Sequence record: DRR723986_8415
Length of the DNA: 64,000 nucleotides
Strand: one strand, 5' to 3'
The position numbers and the translations under genes are program-made. Below the pieces are notes generated by a model. That model searched no databases. It saw only the letters and a list, made by a program, of their open reading frames with translations, and was not told where the DNA came from. Below are positions 57,151 through 64,000 of this stretch, in pieces. Every line of letters begins with the position of its first letter. Within the stretch, counting starts at the first letter, position 1.

Positions 57151-58752
57151 ATGGACGAGACGCGTTACAACGAGTTGGTCGAAACGTTTTTTGCGTGTGA
57201 TCGCCAGCAGCTACTTGAGATCTTTTCCGAGATGCTCTCGGCACTTGAGGCGGAACAGTCGCTTCCGCCTGGGCGGTTGATGTCGAGGAATTACGACACG
57301 GCGCAGGCCAATCCCGAAATCCACACGTTGCCTGGTAACTTGAAAGACGCCAGGGACGCCATCTTTCCCTTTTTCTGGGGAACCGATAGTTGGCAATCGA
57401 AACTCCACTTGGAGAACGTTAAAGGTCCGCCAAACTTTGCCTCATTAGTGGGCTCGCTGGCGGGGCTACTGAAGAACCCCAACCTCTGCGTAGACACATA
57501 CTGCCTGCGGTCGAACGAGCTGGAAGTGAAGTCGATTACTTCGCTCGCAAATCTCATCTTCTACCATACGGATTCGCCGTGGGGCGTGTTCACGATTGGC
57601 GGAACAATTTCGAACCTCTACGGCGGCAAGATTGGGATTGAAAAAGTCTCTCCAGGTGCGATGCAGAAAGGTCTTGCGGGAAGCAAGATCGCTGGCATCG
57701 TCAGTGCGGCGGGCCACTATTCCAATGCGACCCTTGCTGGTTGGTTGGGCATGGGGATCGACAACTTGCATGCCGTTGAAACCGATGCATCGATGAGTAT
57801 GCGGCTGGATAAACTCGAGGAAAAGCTAGACGAGCTATACAAATCTAAGCATCAGGTTGCCTTCGTCATCGCAACGTTCGGCACCACGGATGCGTTCGGC
57901 ATTGACGACATCAGTGAAATTAAGAACATCGCAACTCGGAAAGCCGAGGAATACGGAGCGACGATTCCGCACATTCACGTCGATGCTGCCGTCGGCTGGG
58001 TGAGTTGCTTCTTGACAGACTACGACCGTGACAGCAATCCACTCAAGATTGAACCGCAGATTCTCGATTTGATAAAGCGGACTCAGGAGGCCACGGTGGG
58101 ATTCAGAGTTGCGGACTCGGTGACGATCGACTTCCACAAGATGGGTTGGGGGCATTATCCATCGAGCGCTTTCATCGTTAGCCGTCGGGAGGATTTGGCG
58201 CTTCTTGCTCGTACGGTAGATGACGCGCCCTACTTCGCTGAAGCAGACTACCGGCATGACCCTGCACTGTTCACATTAGAATGCTCCCGGCCTGGCATTG
58301 GCCCGTATAGCGTGATGGCCTCGCTAAACGGCATCGGTCTGACTGGATATCGCATGTTGATTGCCGGAGCGATGCATCGGGCTTACCAACTGAAACAGCG
58401 CATCGAAGAGTTGCCGTTTTGCAAAGTGTTGAATCTTTCCAACCCAGGCCCGAGCGTGTGCTGGTGGGTGTTGCCTCGCGGTCGCGACGCCAAGCAAATC
58501 TATGCTGACATCATCGATGGGAAAGTCCCAGAAGCAGAGCGCCAACAGTACCTGGGCGAAGTCTCACGCTTGTTCAAGAAACGCGAAGCGGCCATGGATG
58601 AACGCACTGACGCTCGCTTGAGCTTTACTCGTAGTGTTGGCTACAGTCCGCACGGCGTGCAACTGCCAGCTTGGAAGGCGGTTTTCTTCAATCCGCGAAG
58701 TGACGATGAGGTCATTGACGGAATCATCGCCAGCATCGAAGACATAGCTTAG
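57151..58752 (+). CDS. group II PLP-dependent amino-acid decarboxylase
   Basis: GGTISN, HYS, GTTDAFGID, HVDAA, SVTIDFHK PLP-lysine motif. Confidence 0.88.
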   Translation: MDETRYNELVETFFACDRQQLLEIFSEMLSALEAEQSLPPGRLMSRNYDTAQANPEIHTLPGNLKDARDAIFPFFWGTDSWQSKLHLENVKGPPNFASLVGSLAGLLKNPNLCVDTYCLRSNELEVKSITSLANLIFYHTDSPWGVFTIGGTISNLYGGKIGIEKVSPGAMQKGLAGSKIAGIVSAAGHYSNATLAGWLGMGIDNLHAVETDASMSMRLDKLEEKLDELYKSKHQVAFVIATFGTTDAFGIDDISEIKNIATRKAEEYGATIPHIHVDAAVGWVSCFLTDYDRDSNPLKIEPQILDLIKRTQEATVGFRVADSVTIDFHKMGWGHYPSSAFIVSRREDLALLARTVDDAPYFAEADYRHDPALFTLECSRPGIGPYSVMASLNGIGLTGYRMLIAGAMHRAYQLKQRIEELPFCKVLNLSNPGPSVCWWVLPRGRDAKQIYADIIDGKVPEAERQQYLGEVSRLFKKREAAMDERTDARLSFTRSVGYSPHGVQLPAWKAVFFNPRSDDEVIDGIIASIEDIA

Positions 58753-58857
58753 CGGCATAGTGCCAATGACTGCGCGGCGCATAGTCTGAGAGCACTGCGG
58801 GCAGACGCGTGATGAAAACAGTACGTCTGCCCTTCGTCGAACGATTGCGACCTTGCC

Positions 58858-60564
58858 CTAGACACGGCTTCCAAGTTTATCGGCTAACTGCAGCAGAGTC
58901 TTGCTGGCGTCCCCTTCTTTCAACTTGGCGTGAATGAGCTGTAGACAGCTAGTGTCGTTATTAGCCGCCTCGAGCGCTGTCTCGAATTCACCTTCGTTGG
59001 TTACATAGTAGCCTTTGCCGCCGCCGTAGATCTCTGGAAGGCGGTGATAGTGCCATGGATGAATCTCGTTGTATACCCATTCGCCTTCATGGAGATAGCG
59101 TTCGGTTCCGTAGCCATGGTTGTCGAGGATGATCATGATCGGAGCAAAGCCGTGACGAATAATCGTGGACAATTCATTCCCGGTCATCTGGAATGCACCG
59201 TCGCCGATAATCGAGATCACTCGCTGATCTGGTTTGGCCACGCATGCACCCAGGGTGGCCGGCGTTGCGAAACCCATGCTTGTGTAGTACGCCGGGCTTA
59301 GGAAATCGGCCTTTTCGTGCACGACCAATTCGGTGCTGGCAAAGAGTGCGTCGCCGATATCTGCAACGACGATGTTGTCTTTGTGCAGCCGCTTGTTCAG
59401 AATCTTCATCATGCGGCTGACCTTGAGTTCAGCGTCTGGTTTAACCTCGACGGCATGGACGTCTTCTCGAACAGCTTCCGGATGCAAGCTGGCCGGGACG
59501 TCACGCTTGCCTGTCGAATGGCAGGACTGGATCATGCTGTCCAAGAATCGATCCAGGCTGACGGCGTGAAAATGGTGATGCGACACTTGCAGTTGCTCGC
59601 TTGTCGCGTAGATGCAGTTCTTCAGATTCAAGTTGGCTGTGTAGATTCCCAGGTTGATGTCGGTCATGAAGGTGCCGAGCATAAGGATGCAATCGCTATC
59701 TTCGACGAACTCGGTGACTTCAGCCCGACCAAGTGCTCCTTCGTAGAGACCGATGTAGAGTGGGTGCGTTTCACGAATGACACTCTTGCCGAGAATAGTA
59801 GCCGCGATGGGGATCGACAGCTTTTCAGCCAGTTCGGCCACTTTATCCTGCAAACCGAAGCGGTGGATTTCTACGCCGGCGATGATCATCGGCTTTTTCG
59901 CGGCTGCCAAACGCTCGGCCGCTTCAGCGACCGCCTCGGAAAGCGATTCTTCATTGAAATCAGAGACTTCGATGGGGCGTGGGGTTGAAGACACAGGGAC
60001 GACATCGACCATGTCTCGGGGGAGCTCGATGTAAACGGGCCGTTTGAATTTTGCGGCCGCTTCGAGGACACGGTCGATCTCGGCGAATGCAGTGTAAGGG
60101 TCGGTGAGTTCCGTGCTGGCGACGCAAAGCTTCTCGAATACTTCCAACTGCGTTCGGAATTCTCTAACCTTGTGGTGAAGTAACGGGTTGTTATGCCGTT
60201 CGTTCAGCCCCGGTGCACCGCTGATCACAACGATCGGTGACTTTTCGGCGAACGCTCCGGCGACACTATTGCAGACGCTTAGCCCGCCGACGCAGTAAGT
60301 GATGCACAAAGCCCCCATGCCGTTGAGTCGTGAGTAAGCATCGGCAGCGAAACCAGCACAGTCTTCACGCGTGCATCCCACAACATTCAGTTCGCTGGTC
60401 TCAAGTTGACTGTAGAAGGTTAGAACGTAGTCGCCCGGAATTCCAAAAACGTCGCCTACGCCGAACTCGCCAAGGCGGCGGATGAGGTACTGCCCGATGG
60501 AATTCGGACTGACGGAATTCGGACTGACGGAATTGGATGTTTGGTTTGCTTGATCGTTTGCCAC
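58858..60564 (-). CDS. TPP-dependent alpha-keto acid (indolepyruvate/pyruvate) decarboxylase
   Basis: FGIPGDY, E..AGFAADAY, LLHH, and GDGAFQMT...LDNHGY TPP motif. Start inferred at GTG 60564. Confidence 0.92.
   Translation of the reverse strand: MANDQANQTSNSVSPNSVSPNSIGQYLIRRLGEFGVGDVFGIPGDYVLTFYSQLETSELNVVGCTREDCAGFAADAYSRLNGMGALCITYCVGGLSVCNSVAGAFAEKSPIVVISGAPGLNERHNNPLLHHKVREFRTQLEVFEKLCVASTELTDPYTAFAEIDRVLEAAAKFKRPVYIELPRDMVDVVPVSSTPRPIEVSDFNEESLSEAVAEAAERLAAAKKPMIIAGVEIHRFGLQDKVAELAEKLSIPIAATILGKSVIRETHPLYIGLYEGALGRAEVTEFVEDSDCILMLGTFMTDINLGIYTANLNLKNCIYATSEQLQVSHHHFHAVSLDRFLDSMIQSCHSTGKRDVPASLHPEAVREDVHAVEVKPDAELKVSRMMKILNKRLHKDNIVVADIGDALFASTELVVHEKADFLSPAYYTSMGFATPATLGACVAKPDQRVISIIGDGAFQMTGNELSTIIRHGFAPIMIILDNHGYGTERYLHEGEWVYNEIHPWHYHRLPEIYGGGKGYYVTNEGEFETALEAANNDTSCLQLIHAKLKEGDASKTLLQLADKLGSRV
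60499..60534. repeat. 15-bp in-frame tandem repeat (2.4 copies)
   Basis: GGAATTCGGACTGAC x2 + GGAATT, encoding NSVSP-NSVSP-NS on the minus strand. Confidence 0.9.
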
Positions 60565-60932
60565 AGTTTGTGCACCTTCGCAGTTTTGCAATCGGAGAAG
60601 TTCGTCCTTGGCCGCCTGCCTAAAACCCAATACACGGATACCGATTATTGTATGAAGCGACCCAGCCAGGCGATTCCAACTGAGAGTGAAACGATTGGAT
60701 TTTCGGACTTAAATGCGATCAGCGGTTCGTCGAGCTCGGGGTGGTGGGCGGAGGCTTGCTAAGCGGTACGACACGCCGAAAAATCCACCTGTAAAGATTG
60801 CCTAAGGCCCTCTGGTGGGATTTCGAAGCTTGCTAGTTCAGCTACGGCGACTTAAAATCTCGCTTCGCTCTTCGAAAGTGCGAAAGTGCCGCAAAATGGC
60901 AAGCCGTCTCATCATGCCCCGGGGAATCGAAC

Positions 60933-62036
60933 GTGAAACTTGCTCACAACTTTCTGACGATTGCATTTGTTGGTTTGCTATGCGGCTTGATTGGCTGCAG
61001 CGGAAATTCTGCTGGCAGCTCCAGTTCAGGCTCTGGGGGTAAGAAACGGATCGTTCTGTTAAACAATACCGATTCCCCATTCTGGGACGCCGCGCGAGCT
61101 GGCATTGCCAAGGCCGCAGAGGATTTGAAGATCGAGGACGCCGGCTTCTCTGCAGGAATGGATTCGAATGACGGCAGTGAGAACGGTCAGATCGAAAAGC
61201 TGCGTCAATATGGAACGCAGTCGGACATCGCTGCCGTAGTCATTTCTCCCATTTCAGCAACGAATCCAGCGATTGCTGACGAGCTAAAGAATCTCGCAAG
61301 TAAGGGAGTCATTGTTGGCTGTTTCGACAGTGACTTAGATGTGAAGTTTCGCGACTTGCGCGAATTCTATGTGGGAACAAACAACTTGCAGGGTGGCAAA
61401 GTGCTTGGCACCGCCGCGAAGAATCTTCGTCCTGATGGCGGTAGTTATGTTCAGTTCGTCGGAACCGACTCGCAGCAAAATGCGATGGAGCGAATGGACG
61501 GATTCACCAGTGCCGTTGGAAACGAATTCAAGCAGCTTGACCGTCGATTGGACGATGCAGATCGCCAGCGAGCTCGTGACAACGTCCGTGACGTAGTCGA
61601 TAAGTTCTCCGAGTTAAATATTCTTGTTGGAATTTGGTCATACAACGCGCCAGCAATCGTTGACGTCATCAAGGAAAAGGGAGCTCGTGACAAATTCACC
61701 GTCGTCACCTTCGACGCAGAGCAATTGGCGATTCAACAAATGGAAAACGGCATGATCGATGCGATGGTTGTGCAGAACCCATTCGGAATGGGCTACGATT
61801 CGGTCAAGTATGTATTCGCGAAGTTGACCGAAGACGAAGCAACTCTCAGCGAGATGTTTCCCAACATGGGCAGTGAGGGCGGTGACATTCGTGACACCGG
61901 ACTCAAGGTCGTTATCCCTGATTCTGACACGCCTCTGAAGGCCGAAATGTTTCAGGAGTTCGGCGATGGTGTTGAAGTCTTGACGATAACTGACTTCAAA
62001 GCGTGGTTGGCTGAGTACGACCTGAAAAGTTCTTAG
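60933..62036 (+). CDS. sugar ABC transporter substrate-binding lipoprotein (RbsB-like)
   Basis: IGC lipobox, SPFW, FDSD, YVGTNN..GG, ERMDGF, VQNPFGMGY. Confidence 0.92.
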   Translation: MKLAHNFLTIAFVGLLCGLIGCSGNSAGSSSSGSGGKKRIVLLNNTDSPFWDAARAGIAKAAEDLKIEDAGFSAGMDSNDGSENGQIEKLRQYGTQSDIAAVVISPISATNPAIADELKNLASKGVIVGCFDSDLDVKFRDLREFYVGTNNLQGGKVLGTAAKNLRPDGGSYVQFVGTDSQQNAMERMDGFTSAVGNEFKQLDRRLDDADRQRARDNVRDVVDKFSELNILVGIWSYNAPAIVDVIKEKGARDKFTVVTFDAEQLAIQQMENGMIDAMVVQNPFGMGYDSVKYVFAKLTEDEATLSEMFPNMGSEGGDIRDTGLKVVIPDSDTPLKAEMFQEFGDGVEVLTITDFKAWLAEYDLKSS

Positions 62037-62091
62037 TGCGGTTGGTGTCGGGCTCGGGTGTTTTGAATTGTTCGTTCAGTGAGTAGGCAAG

Positions 62092-63294
62092 TTGAATCAA
62101 CCAAGAAGTCTCTTCGCTCGAACAATTGGAAGCGTTGAATTTAAGCTCATTGTTGCTTGGTTTGTCGTCGTGGTTGCGACTGTGCTGCTCGATCCGAGCA
62201 ACACCTACCGCGACAATACCGGCAGTGCAGCGCAGCTTATCATTCGAAACACCGTGTTCCTCGGCTACTTTGCTGTCGGCAGCGCTGTCATCATCATTTC
62301 AGGCGGGATTGATCTCTCCAGCGGGTCGGTCATTGCGTTAAGTGCGACTGTATTCAGTAGCCTGCTGATGGTTCTGGACCCCGAGGGTTTCAAGGCAGGA
62401 GAGATCCAGACATGGGTCGTCTGCGTCTCCATCGCGGGCACTCTGGTGACCGGCGCGATGGTCGGCACCTTGAACGCATGGTTAATCACATCTGTCGGTC
62501 TGCCACCCTTCATCGCAACTCTTGCGACAATGGTGGGCCTGAGGAGTTTTGGTCGCGGTTTGATATTGAGCGTGACGGGCAATCGTTCCCAAATTGACTT
62601 TCCTGACTTGGGCTTGAGAGACGCTCTGAAGGACTTGACGACCGTCTCTATCATTTTTCTCGTTCTTGCCGTTCTGCTGTGGCTGCTGATGAGTCGTACA
62701 GTGATCGGCAGACACTTGCACGCGATGGGCGGTAACGAGCAGGCGGCGAAACTGAGTGGAATTCGAACGGACCGACTAAAGTGGCTCGCCTATGTCATCG
62801 GCAGCGTTTCCGCATCCATGATTGGCATCATTTACTTTGCAGATCAAGGCTCGGCAAAACCAGACATCTTGGCGAGAGGCTACGAGTTAAATGCGATTGC
62901 AGCCTCCGTTATTGGCGGCTGTGCACTCACTGGAGGCGTTGGCACAATCCCCGGAACTGTGCTCGGGTGCTTGTTCTTGCGTACCGTCATTGATGCGGTA
63001 AACAAAATTGTTGGTACCGGTGCGGACGTTTACGAAGGAATGATTGTCGGCATCGTGGTTGTGCTGGCTGTCACGTTCAGCCAACGGGATGCGGCCGCGA
63101 TCAAGCGACCTTTCTTCGCATCCAATATCGGCTGGGCAAGTGTTCCGATACTCGGACTGCTAGCGGGACTGTCGTTCATGCTATTCTTCCGTGAAAAAGA
63201 GTGGTTCATCGGCTGGCACGCAATCGTTTTTGGTTTGATCACGACCGCGATCCTCAGTTGCAGAGGCTTGCTCGAACTAAGGCGAGCGAAATAG
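62092..63294 (+). CDS. sugar ABC transporter permease (RbsC-like)
   Basis: GGIDLS, PPFIATL, GGNEQAAKLSGI, GYELNAIAASVIGG. Confidence 0.93.
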   Translation: MNQPRSLFARTIGSVEFKLIVAWFVVVVATVLLDPSNTYRDNTGSAAQLIIRNTVFLGYFAVGSAVIIISGGIDLSSGSVIALSATVFSSLLMVLDPEGFKAGEIQTWVVCVSIAGTLVTGAMVGTLNAWLITSVGLPPFIATLATMVGLRSFGRGLILSVTGNRSQIDFPDLGLRDALKDLTTVSIIFLVLAVLLWLLMSRTVIGRHLHAMGGNEQAAKLSGIRTDRLKWLAYVIGSVSASMIGIIYFADQGSAKPDILARGYELNAIAASVIGGCALTGGVGTIPGTVLGCLFLRTVIDAVNKIVGTGADVYEGMIVGIVVVLAVTFSQRDAAAIKRPFFASNIGWASVPILGLLAGLSFMLFFREKEWFIGWHAIVFGLITTAILSCRGLLELRRAK

Positions 63295-63334
63295 GCCGCT
63301 TGCCGTTTCAAAGTTGTTTCCTAAGGCTCGAGCC

Positions 63335-64000
63335 ATGACCGACGACACGCAGTCAGCTTCCGCTCCGGCAATCAAGATTGCTGGAGTTGGAAAACGCTTC
63401 GCCGCAGTGCAGGCTTTGGATGGGGTTTCGTGTGAGGTCGCAAAAGGCGAACTTCATGCGGTCATGGGAGAGAATGGCGCGGGCAAGAGTACTCTAATGA
63501 AGATCCTCAGCGGAGTGATCACGGAGTACGATGGGCAGCTAAAAGTGGACGGCCAGCCGGCGCGGTTTCGCGGTACTCGAGACGCCGAATCCGCTGGTAT
63601 CAGCATTATCCATCAAGAGCTGAACTTGGTTGAAGAACTAAGCGTTTCAGCGAACATCTTCCTAGGCCGCGAGAAGTGCGGCGTCTTAGGAATGCTTGAT
63701 CATCGATCGATGGACCAAGAGGCGTCACAACTGCTGAAGCAACTCGATTCCGATATTCGGCCCACTGAGAGAGTGGGCTCCTTGCGCGTGGGCGACCAAC
63801 AGCTTATTGAAATTGCCAAATCGCTGTCGCTGGACACTTCCATCTTGATCATGGACGAACCGACTAGCGCGCTGACGGAAGCAGAGGTGGAGAGGCTGTA
63901 CGGAGTGATAGATTCGCTCCGCCAACGTGGCGTCACGATTCTTTACATCTCCCACAAAATGGACGAAGTCTTTCGGCTTTCGGATCGAATCACGGTCCTG
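63335..64000 (+). CDS. sugar ABC transporter ATP-binding protein (RbsA-like), truncated by window end
   Basis: Not in the ORF track because it has no stop. Manual translation from ATG 63335 gives VQALDGVS, GENGAGKST, IHQEL, EIAK, MDEPT, YISHK. Confidence 0.92.
   Translation, partial: MTDDTQSASAPAIKIAGVGKRFAAVQALDGVSCEVAKGELHAVMGENGAGKSTLMKILSGVITEYDGQLKVDGQPARFRGTRDAESAGISIIHQELNLVEELSVSANIFLGREKCGVLGMLDHRSMDQEASQLLKQLDSDIRPTERVGSLRVGDQQLIEIAKSLSLDTSILIMDEPTSALTEAEVERLYGVIDSLRQRGVTILYISHKMDEVFRLSDRITVL

Overview
This 64-kb window is chromosomal DNA that looks like Planctomycetota (probably Pirellulaceae-like). The inference rests on its DUF1549/DUF1553 cytochrome-c and DUF1501 pair, ECF sigma/FecR-LamG pair, four Cys-type sulfatases, DUF1570, DUF1080, Trx/PDZ protein and divergent CsrA. 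About 45 CDS are supported. They include a sulfated-glycan-type cluster (0.3-19 kb), a sigma-54 activator, dciA-like, trpD, a FixJ-type regulator, cimA-tmk, flgN-flgK-flgL, an ATP-grasp protein, a degenerate nucleoside hydrolase, csrA, SulP, an RND efflux system, two decarboxylases and a sugar ABC transporter cut by the window end. There is also one tRNA-Asp(GTC). No CRISPR array, prophage or transposase was seen. The most interesting signals are non-coding. (1) An unannotated ~165-nt plus-strand RNA candidate (about 34466-34631) carries three CUGCCCC motifs, two of them as identical GCUGCCCC hairpin loops, and ends in a UUCG-capped terminator. (2) A ~100-nt minus-strand RNA candidate (about 23123-23221) has a complementary GGGGCA loop, and GGGG(C/U)A also sits in the RBS position of two genes. 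(3) A Leu/Val/Ile leader-peptide attenuator precedes cimA-tmk. (4) A REP/BIME-like palindrome cluster lies at the window start. All family calls come from motifs recognised by eye, not database searches.
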